Counted from the whole stretch's first letter, positions 49,386 through 62,684 are shown. The stretch is DNA of 63,951 nt, filler included, from Octopus bimaculoides (GCF_001194135.2; 6 parts of 4 records of this genome joined end to end with filler, not necessarily neighbours in it); one strand, 5' to 3'. Made by a program: numbers and translations. The notes: generated by a model from the sequence alone, not told the origin.

Positions 49386-50202
49386 AGCCACATGAAGCAA
49401 ATCTCTTAACCATTTAACCTTACATTGTGTGTGTGTCTGCATAATTTTCTTTTCCTGTTCCTTTCGTGTACCACAGCTAAACAACAGAGACAACAAGAAC
49501 ATCAGAAATGTCAGCGACAATGACCACAACTGCAGCAGCAGCGATGACAATAACATCAGCAAGAACTGTGGCAAGAGAGACAACAACGACGAAAACAACA
49601 GCTGCTGCCACCACATCAGAAGCAGCGTTGAGAACAACAGTAAGGACAACACCAACAACAGTAGCAGAAACGCAAGCTGCAGCAACAACACCAGCAACAA
49701 CAGCAGCAGCAGCATGCTAAAGTCAAACCGATTCCTTAAAGAGAGAGACCTTAAGAAAAACAAACCTGACTTACGTCAAGAAAACCCTGTTACCCCCATG
49801 CCCCACCTAAACATGAGTGACACTCAACTAGAACCCTCACACTCACTCCAGGTNNNNNNNNNNNNNNNNNNNNNNNNNNNNNNNNNNNNNNNNNNNNNNN
49901 NNNNNNNNNNNNNNNNNNNNNNNNNNNNNNNNNNNNNNNNNNNNNNNNNNNNNNNNNNNNNNNNNNNNNNNNNNNNNNNNNNNNNNNNNNNNNNNNNNNN
50001 NNNNNNNNNNNNNNNNNNNNNNNNNNNNNNNNNACACACACACACACACACACATCATAGACTGTACCAAGAGAAGTTCCCATCGACTGATCAACATCAC
50101 GTCACCCCCACCCTATCAAATCACACTCCAGCCCCTAACCCGAAAGTATACTTCTGCCGTTCCCTGCCTTTTTTCGTACCTCTACCAGTAATGGGCTCAG
50201 TG

Positions 50203-50515
50203 AAGGCACATGGCTGAGTGGTTAGGGCCTTCGGCTGACGACCGTAAGGTCGTGGGTTCGATTCCCAGTGACATGTTGTGCCCTGGAGCAAGGCACTTTA
50301 TTATTTCACATTGCTCCGGTCCACTCAGCCGGCAAAATTAAGTTGTACCTGTAATTCGCATGGGTCAGCCTTATCACATTTCGTGGCATGCTGAATCTCC
50401 CTGAGAACTACGTTAAGGGTATGCGTGTCTGTGGAATACTCAACCACATGCATGTTAATTTCATGAGCAGGCTCTTCTGTGGATCAAATCAACAGGAACA
50501 CTCATTGTCATAACT
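50203..50515 (+). mobile_element. SINE family 4 (tRNA-derived)
   Basis: GGCACATGGCTGAGTGGTTAGGG..GGGTTCGATTCCCAG has A and B boxes. The body is shared with 50855..51180. Confidence 0.75.
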
Positions 50516-50630
50516 ATTGGTGAAACATATATATATATATATATAATTTTATATATATATACATATATATATATAATTTTATATATATATATATGTATAT
50601 ATATAATTATATATACATATATATATATAC

Positions 50631-50670
<40 letters not shown>

Positions 50671-50806
50671 ACATATATATACATACATATATATATACAT
50701 ACATTCATACATATACATATATATACATAGATACATACATATATATACATAGATACATACATATACATATATATACATACATACATATACATACATACAT
50801 ACATAC

Positions 50807-50845
<39 letters not shown>

Positions 50846-50854
50846 GGTTGTGAA

Positions 50855-51180
50855 GGCACATGGTTTACTGGTTAAGGTATTCAGCTCACAGTCACAGTGT
50901 CATGAGTTCGATTCCCAGCAGCACATTGTGTCATTAAGCAAGACCCTTTATTTTCACATTGCTCCAGTCTACTCAGCCGGCAAAAATGAGCTGTACCTCT
51001 AATTCAAAAGGGGCCAGCTTTGTCACATTCTGTGTCACACTGAACATCCCTGAGAACAATATTAGGGGTATGCATGTCTCTGGAGTACTCAGCCACTTGC
51101 ACATTAATTACATAAGCAGGCTGTTTTTTTGTTTTTTTTTATCAGATCAACTGCAACCCTCGTCGTCGTAACCAATTGAG
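50855..51180 (+). mobile_element. SINE family 4, second copy
   Basis: GGCACATGG..GAGTTCGATTCCCAGC..TTGCTCCAGTCTACTCAGCCGGCAAAAATGAG. Confidence 0.72.
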
Positions 51181-51757
51181 TGCCAGAAAATAATGGCCTT
51201 TGTTCCTCAAATCTGGTTGATTTTCTATCTCTTCCACTCAGCTGCTACCAACCCATCTATCTCTCCATCTCTCTTCACTCTTGTTCTGCATAATCCCTAG
51301 GCTCTGCACTAACTACCATTCCTTACCCAGTCCTTCCTCCCTCATAATGTCTCCTCCTGGAATCTTCACCTTGTTCATGTCTTTCATACCAGTGTTAACT
51401 CACAAACAGTTTAAACGGAACACGAATCGTACCAAACTTACCATTCTTGGAAGACCTGCAAGGGTCTTGGGTTCTTCCCCTTCCCATAAAACAGCAAATA
51501 AACAGAAAAAAATTATATCATTATTGTTGTTGTTATTATGCCTTTTAACTCAGATTTTTTTCAGAACTCCTGGAGTTTTGCATGAATAGCAGGTTTGGTG
51601 CCTGCAGCCTATGGTACCATGCCAGCTGTACTAGACAAACATATCTCTACTGACTGCTTTCCTATAAAACTCTGTGTGGATCTCTCCGTCTTCCATTATT
51701 TTCAGTTGGAAGTCGAGTAGCGATAGTGATCCAGTGTTGTTAGGATGTTCTATAGTG

Positions 51758-52043
51758 CAGGCGTTTTCAAACTTTTTGACTTGCGGACCCCTTTATATTT
51801 CAGGCTTTACCTTATAAACGCTTATGAAATTTATACATAAATATTTGCTTAAAATAACATATAGTTTTACATTTATTTATTTAACAGTATTTAACAAAAT
51901 AGGTTTATTGTCAATTAAAAGATTTCGATTAAAAAATATATATAAAATCAAATTACCCATAAAAAGTATTTGCTGTCCACGGACCCCCTTTCTTGTCCTT
52001 GCGGACCTCCTGTGGTCCACGGACCACAGTTTGAAAACCCCTG
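51758..52043. mobile_element. hAT (Charlie-like) MITE
   Basis: TIRs CAGGCGTTTTCAAACT and AGTTTGAAAACCCCTG. 8-bp TSD CTATAGTG (51750-51757) / CTATAGCG (52044-52051). Confidence 0.85.
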
Positions 52044-53492
52044 CTATAGCGAATTGTATGNNNNNNNNNNNNNNNNNNNNNNNNNNNNNNNNNNNNNNNN
52101 NNNNTTAATTAATTAANNNNNNNNNNNNNNNNNNNNNNNNNNNNNNNNNNNNNNNNNNNNTATATATATATATATATATATATATTCGTACACACACGCA
52201 CAGATATATTTATTTGTTATATTTATATACTTGCTTTCTCCTATGTATGTAGGCGAGAGGAAGGGAGACAGAAAGAGAGAGAATAACAGAAAGTGTCTTA
52301 TAATAACAATGAATCGAGACTATTTCATAATGATTTTGCTGAAGCGATAACAATTCTCATTAAAACGAGCAGATCCTCGGTTATAAATTTTACTATCCTG
52401 TCTTACATCTTAATAGCTAATCACTAAAATGTGAGATATTATAAATAAACTTGTCCTGTAAAAACAAAAAACACTGAGAAGGCCGAGCTTCGAATTTCAG
52501 AGAAGAATGATGGTTGGTTTAACTACATATAGTATAAAAGATTGTGCAAGCGCTACAATATATTTTGTGACGAACGACCTGGAATATTATGTTCATAGAT
52601 AAACATAACTTAGAAGACTTGTCTTAATGTTATTCTGAGATCTAAATATTTCAATATTCCAATCTCTTATTTAGAGGGAATTATTACATAGATTGAGGAT
52701 GATCTTTTTTTTATTTTAAAATCATCTAACTCATTAATATGCGACGAATTTTATTGTATATGGTGTGTTTTTGAAATAGCACACGGAAGTTACATTTACT
52801 GAATAATAGCTACAAAAAATGAATATACAAGCTTTTGTAGGACCTTTATGCAAATGAAATTCATTTCGGTACACTTTATAAAAATAACATATGCTTCCAC
52901 ATTACAGCGTATTCAAACATATCTAAACTGTGGGTAATTCTGATAGACATATCAGTCAACTCACTCTCAAGTCAGTATTCGTAGTTAACCTAAAAATATG
53001 ACAGAAGGTATTATAGTTCTCTGTCGAGAAACAGCACAGCAAAAACTACTTAATGTATCTTAAGTTTATGTGCTGGAGACGGAAAATAATTTAAACTTCT
53101 AACAATTACAATTCATCCAGGGAAATGGTACTAGAATGCATAGCATGTTGCAGCTCACCAATAATGTCAACCGTATTTTAATTTTTCTCATGCATATTGC
53201 GTTCTGAGGCGACGTAATAAGCAGAATATGCTCCGTTATTCCTTCACAGAAACTTGGACCTCTTACAGCATTCAACCCGCTTCGGTTAAAGCGAATTGTT
53301 AATTATGTCATGCCCACAGGTGTCAAATCCGAAGCACCTATGAAGATAGCCCTGCCCTCGCGAACGATCAAATGAAAACGAGCGGGTACTCGAAACTACT
53401 GCACCTGACTATCTGAAGTTTACATGAAAAACAAGAATGCAAATTGTAATGCAGCGATAGTTACTTTTCAGAGGAGTGACGTCGTAAGAATA

Positions 53493-54325
53493 TACGTGGT
53501 CTGTTCAGTAAGTATCCGGACTGTTGCCATATTAACAAAGCTAATGCATGCAGAGTGACACAACTTGACACCGATTAACCTTGAACTTTGCTGTGCATGC
53601 GCACTAAGTTTTAATGTTCTAGAAATACGGTGTGTAGTGTGTGATCATCTCATTGACCAGGAGAGACAAAGTTGAGCAGAGAATACACATCAAATTTGGT
53701 CAAAAGCTTGACGGGAGCTACCTGCTCAAACGCTTACACAATTTTCAAAAAGGTTTTATCGTTCCCGACAAAATCAAGGCGATCTTGTGCAACTGAAACC
53801 CAAATGTCTTTTTGGTCAGCAGTTTTCGCAAACACTTGGCAGACACACATCTCATACCCAAATCGTCAGTGATAATAGACTAAACTGAACCGTAACTAAT
53901 CTGTCCATCTGATAACTCATGTTTGGTGATTCGACGATTTCCCCTTAGCTACAACCACATCAACGATGATTTTCTTAGCTGCGCTTGTTGTGGGTCTCTC
54001 ACAATGTTCGTCAATACCGACATTATTTTGACCATCTTGGAAACGTCTGAACCATTCGTACAATTTTGTGCGGCCCATAGACTTCTCTCCATACATTTTC
54101 TGCAACTTCGCAGATTTCGCCATGAAAACCTTCACTGTCATGGTCAATGCGACGATTATACGTTACAAAGTCTTCCATCCAGGCACTGCTTTTCTAACGA
54201 GGAAGTGAACTAGAACGTTAAAACTTAGTGAGCATGCGCAACAGATCTCATCATTACCGAGCGCTGCATGCTTTAGCTTCGTTACTATGGCAACAGTCTG
54301 GATACTTATTGAACAGAACTCGTGT
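53493..54325. mobile_element. Chimeric mariner element made of two convergent 5' ends
   Basis: The left arm (+) has the TIR TACGTGGTCTGTTCAGTAAGTATCCGGACT, a leader and VEQRIHIKF. The right arm (-) has the same TIR and leader plus LQKMYGEKSMGRTKLYEWFRRFQDG..RPTTS. Confidence 0.7.
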
Positions 54326-54870
54326 TTATATCTGAAACAAAATTGATAACTAGCCACAGACGGTAACCTATCACACAGAAACACATATATTTGTAGGAAC
54401 CATGGGGTTCAACACAAAAACGGTTATCGTGTTGTATGTGTATGAAAATAAATGCTAATATACCAAGGTAACTGTGTTTCTTTAAACTTTTGTTTTGGTT
54501 TAGAATACGTCACTTTCTCACGGAACAACATCAATATGAACTTCCTGAGACAGTTCGCAAGTCCCTCGGGGAATACAAGATTAATGCAAACACAGGTCCA
54601 CATTAACCTCTCCATTATGTTGACAAAATTGTATATCTGTCGGAATGATATTCATGCAATAAGGCCTTGGGAGTAGTTGAACATTTCAACTAAGACTTGT
54701 TGAAAATAGGCACAGATGTGGCTGCATGGTGAAAAGCTTGCTTTCCGTCAACATAGCTCCGAGTTCAGTTACACTGAGTATGACCTTGGGTAAATGTCTT
54801 CTACCCAAGACACGTCGGGCAGACTAATGTCTTCTGAGTGGGTTTGTTGTACGGAAACTAAAAAAACCCG

Positions 54871-54913
<43 letters not shown>

Positions 54914-56194
54914 TAGATCGGGGGTTAAGTATCTTTCTAAAGGGGTTAGATTTAAGGAAATATTTGAGTAAAGAAGAGTTTGGGTACTGGAGTATGGACG
55001 TTAAGGGGGAAGGGTTAGAACCATATGAGACTTCGGACTATAGATAGTTTCCTCCAATTAGGGGGTTTAACTGGGTGGAGATAAGGGGCTGAGTGTGTGT
55101 ATGTGTTTGCATATGTGTCTGTGTTTGTATCCACCACCACTGGACAACTGATGTCCATAATTTAGCTGTTCGGCAAAAGAGACTAAGTAGAATGAGTACC
55201 CATTTAAAGCAACATGATTAGGAGGTCGATTCGTTCGACTAAAAACACTTCCAGGAGTTTCACCAGCATTGCTGCACTCTAACTACTGAAACAAGTTGAG
55301 GAAGAAAAATAAGTTGTAGAAATGAGAGAAAATATTTCGTTTAGTTTTCACATTATTCGTAGAGCAATATAATTACTTTGCTGACACCTTCTTGATATTT
55401 CTTTACATACTTTACTAATAGATTTCATAATATAAAGAAATGTTCAACTTCTATGTTCTTTAAAAAACAAGGACTTTTATCTCGCCAAAATGAAAATCAT
55501 ATATAAACTGGTAATGACGTTGCATTAAAAAAGAATTCAGCTAATAGTCACATTAAGTTCACCAAATTCATTGCTCAAACGATTATAGTGATTTATTTGA
55601 TTTTGCAAAGATGTTACTAGATTACTTCAATTTACAAAGGCGTGTCACTGCACTGTACAAAGAAAACAAATTTCTGTAAGCTGCCATACAGCAAAGAACT
55701 TACCACAACCAGCATCGATATCATCATTACAGCTACCTTCAACAACAACAACTACTACTACTATGTTTGCCTGTCTTCTTTTAGTGCTATGACATCTGTC
55801 AGGAATCAACCTCAACTGTACTGGAGGCACATGCCAGGGGTAAAGGAGGAGGCAGTCAGGTAAACCGACCGATATAACCACAGAATTGACTGGTGCTTCC
55901 AAGTGAAAGGTTCGTCACTGAGCAAGGGGAGGGACATAGGTCAATTTTCCTATTCCATATAAGGGCTGAGGCGTGAAGGTTGTAGACATCAACCCGCATC
56001 TTTTGTCTTTTACTTGCTCCAGTCATTAAACTACAGCTATACTGGAGGGCAGCTCTGAAAAGTTTAGTGGAAGTAATCGACCCGAGCGCTTATGTTTTAA
56101 ATTTGGTACTTCTATTTATCTCTTTCGATGAAACACTACGAATAGTGACGTTAACAAACCAAGACCGCTACATTTCAGCGATTTGTTTTCTTTG

Positions 56195-57185
56195 AAAACT
56201 CGAATACCGTTACGGTACAGAGACGTTAACAATCGAATAACGTTACGGTTCAGGGACGTTAGCAAACCAATACCGCTACGTTACAGGGACATTAAAAGAC
56301 CAATACCGGTACAGCACAAGAGAGCTAACAAGCCAATACCGCTACGGCACAGGGACGTTAGCAAACCAATATCGCTACGGCACAGGGACATTAAAAGACC
56401 AATACCGGTACAGCACAGCGGAGCTAACAAGCCAATACCGCTACGGCACAGGGACGTTAGCAAACCAATACCGCTACGTTACAGGGACATTAAAAGACCA
56501 ATACCGGTACAGCACAGCGGAGCTAACAAGCCAATACCGCTACGGCACAGGGACGNNNNNNNNNNNNNNNNNNNNNNNNNNNNNNNNNNNNNNNNNNNNN
56601 NNNNNNNNNNNNNNNNNNNNNNNNNNNNNNNNNNNNNNNNNNNNNNNNNNNNNNNNNNNNNNNNNNNNNNNNNNNNNNNNNNNNNNNNNNNNNNNNNNNN
56701 NNNNNNNNNNNNNNNNNNNNNNNNNNNNNNNNNNNNNNNNNNNNNNNNNNNNNNNNNNNNNNNNNNNNNNNNNNNNNNNNNNNNNNNNNNNNNNNNNNNN
56801 NNNNNNNNNNNNNNNNNNNNNNNNNNNNNNNNNNNNNNNNNNNNNNNNNNNNNNNNNNNNNNNNNNNNNNNNNNNNNNNNNNNNNNNNNNNNNNNNNNNN
56901 NNNNNNNNNNNNNNNNNNNNNNNNNNNNNNNNNNNNNNNNNNNNNNNNNNNNNNNNNATATCGCTACGGCACAGGGACGTTAGCAAACCAATACCGCTAC
57001 GGCACAGGGACGTTAGCAAACCAATATCGCTACGGCACAGGGACGTTAGCAAACCAATATCGCTACGGCACAGGGACGTTAGCAAACCAATATCGCTACG
57101 GCACAAGGACGTTAACAAACCAATATCACTACGGCACAGGGACGTTAACAAACCAATACCGCTACGGCACAGGGACGTTAGCAAA
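56195..57185 (+). repeat. CpG-rich 33-bp minisatellite (ATACCGCTACGGCACAGGGACGTTAGCAAACCA), interrupted by a gap
   Basis: Direct reading. The left part shows a 3x33 = 99-bp higher-order period; the right part is simple 33-mers. Confidence 0.95.
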
Positions 57186-57539
57186 CGACCAAGAAGCGGT
57201 GATGCGGGACGATCACGAATACAGATTCAATCACGTACACATATGAAAGGGGTTTTTTTTTTAGTTTCAGTCAAAAAAAAAATCCTCTCGCAAGCTTTCA
57301 TCTCGCCAGCCCGGGTCACTCACTCAGTTGCCACGTAGTGGGACTTGATGCACAAACATGTTGTTGAGCAGTAAATTTCTTTCAACACACCCAAGTCTAT
57401 ACACGCAATTGTATGTATATTATATTTACTAGTTTGTTTCTGTGGACCGCAGAAATCTTATTATAGACCATCAGGGGTCATATAGACCCCGGTTGAGAAC
57501 CATTGATTTATAACATTCGCAAAAATCTTGAAATACTGG

Positions 57540-57910
57540 GCGAGGACACCCATCGATTACATCGACCCCTAGGGTTCAACTAGTACTTATTTCCTCGACC
57601 ATGGAAGGGAAGAAATTCAAAGTCAACATCAGTACAATTTGAACTCAGAACATAAGGACAATGGAAATGTCGCTAACCATTTCACTCAGCGTGCTAATTA
57701 TTTTGGCATCTAACCATAATAATAATATCAGATTTAAATGTTAGTAGAAGGCTACCGATTTTGCGAGGAGATTGTAAGTCTATTCTGTCAACCTCACTAC
57801 TCAAATGCTACTTATTTTATCGACTCCAAAAAGATGAAAGGCGATGTTGGCTTCGGTGGAATTTGAACTCAGAACGTAATGATGGACTGAATGCGAATGA
57901 CTCCACCAGT
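57540..57910 (-). mobile_element. Two degenerate tandem SINE family 5 copies
   Basis: GATTACATCGACCCC..TACTTATTT..AATTTGAACTCAGAAC motifs occur twice. Confidence 0.6.
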
Positions 57911-59910
57911 TCACGGTATAATCGTTAATAATAATAATTTGAAAGAAATATAACGTAAGAAATACTTATTTTTCAGGCTCCTATAAAAAAGAAAACAGAA
58001 CGTAACTACGTTGTCAACACGTATAATAGGCTGAGGACTGTAATTATCTTTCTTTTTTTTTTGTGGCCAATGATTTATGAATTGGTTGATGCCGTAACAT
58101 AAGATATTAATTCTGCACCTCTATAATTCACTAATTTATTATTATGATGCTTGTTTTGTTGTTGATGATGATGATTATGATGATCATGACGACGACGACG
58201 AAAGCGGTGATGATGGTTTTCATGATGATATAGTTGATATTGATCTTCAAGTAAAACCCAGCATGAAAAATGTTAAATGAACATTGATAATCCTGTTTAA
58301 TGATTTAATGACCACTATTTCATAGCAGTTTGCCGATAAGAGCCGGGAAGATAAATAGTAATAATGATAATAATAATAATAAAATGGTATAATGAAAATA
58401 ATCAGACGGTTGATATTTCGATATATAAATCACTATATATTCAATGTATATATTCAATGAAAAATGAGAAATTTAAAAGATAAATCCACCGGAAAATTAT
58501 TATCAATACAAACAAAGAACGGTATTGAAAACGTAGGAATAACATTCCATTGATGTAAGGAAATATAAATTAATAAAGGAAAAATTCATTCATAAGTAAG
58601 GAAATAAATATTTTCTGTCTGAGAATCATAATATCCTAGATATTTATTTTCCGCTCAAACTCATCATAATGAATAAGCAATGAAACAAAAGGCAATAAAC
58701 TTAATGATTTCAATCTTACAATCAGAGTAAAATGTGTCTCATATTATTTACGTGTTCATCTCTATCACGAACCCCTGTACTCGATCTACGGTTCACAAAA
58801 ACTGAAACTTTACACCACGGTTATTTTGTCCTTACATAACTTTCAAAGGAAACCGTTTCGCCAGCCAAATCCAGGGCGCATACAACGCCAATGTATATAT
58901 CATATCTTTATTCTCTAAAATCTCATGTAAACTTTGTTACATTTACACCTGCAAACACCTGTGCATATTTGTACATCGAACTGTAATTTGTGCTTATATT
59001 TTCACAAAAACTTTAAATTACACAATTACAACTAACACCAGGAACCCATCTCCTACCAGACGGCAGGATTTTAGCGATTTAGGATTGATGAAACGAAATG
59101 TTAATCTCGACTGGTTTCGACCTAAGGTGTAAGATTTTGAGGAAACGCCGCACAGAAATTTGCGAAACGCTTAAACGAATCTAATAATTCGATGATATTG
59201 TGAGAACAGAATTAAATTGTAGTAATACTTTTCGATATTTTATTACCACATATAACTAAAAAATTGAAATGAAATGTATATGATATCGTTACAAAACGTA
59301 TAGGGATAAGCAAAAATTTTAGAGACAAGGAACCAGAGGCTAGTATGTTACACAATATGAGATATTATATTTTTTTTATCATCACGTACAATAATGAAAC
59401 GTATACAAACACAAAATATAGAGAATAGTCATGGAGTAAGTGCACCGTATGACTGCTTATTTGCTAATCAAAATATTGGATCCTGGCGCTGCCTGGATCT
59501 GCACTGGACGAATCATATGGATACTAAGATCAAGTAAATTGATCGTAAAAACATCAAGTATAGTATTTAGTATAGGACGCAAACTTTCGATTGGGCTCTT
59601 CGTCCCGTCCTCTGTTTTGAAAACAGGTGTAGGTTCATGTAGTGTCTACCTCTACTAATACAGTAAAAGCGATTCACACATCAGTCACAGTCGTCTCCAG
59701 TATGTTCCTTGTGTTTATAATGAATCTTCTGTTTTGTAGAAACAGTGAAAATTATTCGATCACGTATTAGATTGTTTAAAGAAATGTTATGTAAACATGA
59801 TCTCCTCTCAGTTCTGCCAAGGAGACTTCGCCCACAGCCAGTTTATTAATTCCCAAGGCAGTTATCTTCCCGGTCTGAAATGCTATTATTATAATTATCA
59901 TTATTATTAT

Positions 59911-60028
59911 TACTCAGTAGTCTTATTTTTATAACGTGCTTTCACTGCACTACCGAGCACAGCTCTGTGTGCTTTGGGTACGTGCTGTGGTTTGTTGTGA
60001 TACTCTTATGGTTACTGTATTGAAAGTT
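59911..60028 (-). mobile_element. Truncated R4/Dong 3' end between (ATT)n tracts
   Basis: CAGTAGTCTTATTTTTATAACGTGCTTTCACTGCACTACCGAGCACAGCTCTGTG..TTACTGTATTGAAAGT matches 34151-34265. Confidence 0.8.
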
Positions 60029-60081
60029 TCTCCATTTCTTTTAGAGAAATGTTATTATTATTATCATCATCATCATCATCA

Positions 60082-60140
<59 letters not shown>

Positions 60141-60996
60141 TTTTAAAATTTTCTTAAAGTAAACTTTGTGATAATGTGTGTGTTGGTGTGCGTGCCATAT
60201 TATTGTTGTTGTCAGTGGTAATAAAATTCAACGAATTAATGATGCTAATTATCAAATTGTTATTACTTTTGTTCTCTGGTCAATGTCTACGTCATAATGC
60301 ATAATTAAATTTGCTTTCATTTCCTTTTTGTGTTGTTTCCTTTATATTTATACTTTTGTTTGATATCGTTTTGGCTTTAGCAGAAAGCTGCCTTAAGTTG
60401 AATGGACATGAAATAAAATCATGTTTGAAATGTCAATATTGACAAAACTTTGTGCTATCTCTGGTGTAAAGAAGCGTCGATTTCTTTGAAAAATATTGCT
60501 CTGACTACAAGCATTAAATATACCACCTCCCCATTTTTTTCAATTTAACTGCAAAAAAGAAACAACAACCTGAGTGATAGGAGTGCGTGGTGGTACGGCG
60601 GATCGTGTGATATAACAACGTCAACAGAAACGACATCACCACCAGAGGCAGCAGCAAAAACATCAACTACAATAACAACAATAATAGAAACGATAATAAC
60701 AATGATGGTTTCGATATTAAGAATAAGGCCGACAATTTTGTGGATGGTGTTGGTGGATGATATCAATATTTATATACGATTTGTAAAATAACAAATTATT
60801 TTGTCGACCACGGAAGGATGAAATCCAAGGGTAACGGCTGTGGATTTGGATACGAGAACAAGAAATACTGTAATAGTAATTATAAGCCTTGATTAATGAG
60901 CTAATGCCACTGTCTTCAATTGAAAACTGCTGAAAATGTACAACATACGGATAGCATGTACCATCATCAAGTATTTAGATGCTGAACACACATATT

Positions 60997-61076
<80 letters not shown>

Positions 61077-61570
61077 AAGGAGATGTTATCTAGCACTCTC
61101 ACATGCACGACGTCCTAAAAAGCAAACAAAGTGTGAAGCAGGATTGATGCCATAAATTCCTTAGCTATACCTGCTTTTACATTATAAACTGATCCGTCGT
61201 TGAGATCTGTAAATTTGCAACAACTGTACGCAAGTGTCTTGCAATGTACTGCTTGTATTACACAGTAGCTGATGTAGAAATACAATACGTCTCACGAGAG
61301 GATGCAACCATAAGGCTAGACACCTGTCTAAAGAACAACAATGACGATAGTTTTAATTTGTCAAGTATGAAAGTAGCATAAAACATTACTCAATATCAGG
61401 AGAAAGAAAGACATATAGATTTAAAATGTTAAAGATTGAGGAGGCGTAGGCGCAATTAGAGAAAAGAATAACTCACGTTGTCCTATAATTAATTAAAAAG
61501 TAAATAGATATTCTCTGAAAATTACCGCAGTTTTATCTTTCTATGTTTCAGTGTAAACAAATTTATTAAA

Positions 61571-61600
61571 TACTAGCAGAAATACCCGGCTTTGCCCGGG
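61571..61600 (+). mobile_element. Possible Helentron/HINE-type terminus
   Basis: TACTAGCAGAAATACCCGGCTTTGCCCGGG resembles the ACTAG..ACCCGG..TTGCCCGG hairpin end of non-autonomous Helitron relatives. The other end was not identified. Confidence 0.35.
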
Positions 61601-62092
61601 TTAAAGAGAATAATGAAATCTAAAAACGCCGTCTAGACTACGCAACCCTCAACTGTTAGTAGCTACGATACCATATTTCTACCTTAATAACTCTCCAATC
61701 CATGCCAGCATGGAACATAGATATTAAGTGGAATGCTAGAAGAAAGTTTTCAACTCATATCTATATAAAGTAAATACACGTAATTCAGAAGCACGTTTTG
61801 TGTATTTTATTTCGTAACCAAACAATGCGATGATAAATCTGAGGTTGGATCTTGAAAGTTTGGATGAATGCTGCCTCAGTTAAATCTCTTGTGGTTCCAA
61901 ATGATGTCATCNNNNNNNNNNNNNNNNNNNNNNNNNNNNNNNNNNNNNNNNNNNNTTAATTAATTAANNNNNNNNNNNNNNNNNNNNNNNNNNNNNNNNN
62001 NNNNNNNNNNNCCACCACCACCACAACCAATAACAACACTGCCATCACCACCACCATCGTCGTCACCACCACCTCCACCATTGACCACCACA

Positions 62093-62213
62093 CTAATCTT
62101 TCTTCACATGGTCATAGCTGTCGCTGTACCTCCCATCTGTCCATCTTAGCAGCCGACATGGGGGGAGGGTGTCTATGTAAGGTCCAGCTCGGCAAACACC
62201 ATGGCCATGTACT
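62093..62213 (-). CDS. Candidate terminal exon of an unidentified gene (VHGHGVCRAGPYIDTLPPCRLLRWTDGRYSDSYDHVKKD*)
   Basis: Non-repetitive, GC-richer open frame after a cattgccttag acceptor. No recognised homology. Confidence 0.25.
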
Positions 62214-62590
62214 CTAAGGCAATGTTTGATGTTAACGTTGTCCGTTATATTCATTACAAACCTCAAACACAAACGAACTTCGACAAATATCAATAACGAA
62301 CGGCCAGGGCAAAAGGAGAGACATCACTACCTGGTGGCCAGACATGCTAGAAATAGCAGCCAAATCTCCCTCAAATCACACCCTACTCTNNNNNNNNNNN
62401 NNNNATGTATGTATGAGCCAATGAGGGAGACCTCTACGTGGTAGCTAGACCTGCGAGAAATAGCAGCCAAATCTCCCTCAAACAACACCCTACTGTCTTA
62501 TATATATATATATATGCATGTGTCTGAAAGGGACGGCCACATAAGGGTCTCTTTTGTGGATCTGGTGTGCTAGAGTCTGTTGCCACAAAC

Positions 62591-62625
<35 letters not shown>

Positions 62626-62649
62626 AAAGAGCGGGNNNNNNNNNNAAAC

Positions 62650-62684
<35 letters not shown>

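Noticed and set aside
49429-49770. N/S-rich or poly-L ORFs
   Set aside because: A degenerate (AAC/AGC)n microsatellite that is open in several frames at once.
56195-57185. 33-bp repeat array as a CRISPR array or repeat-protein gene (ORFs 56183..56983 and 56540..57184)
   Set aside because: Units are contiguous with no unique spacers, there are no cas genes, and the context is eukaryotic. The open frames follow from the unit length being a multiple of 3.
59440-59658. Non-repetitive ORF or possible exon on either strand
   Set aside because: Weak splice signals and no recognisable peptide in any frame.
60570-60630. SAWWYGGSC resembling a fibrinogen C-terminal motif
   Set aside because: No acceptor site, the frame runs into low-complexity (AAC)n sequence, and there are no other domain motifs.
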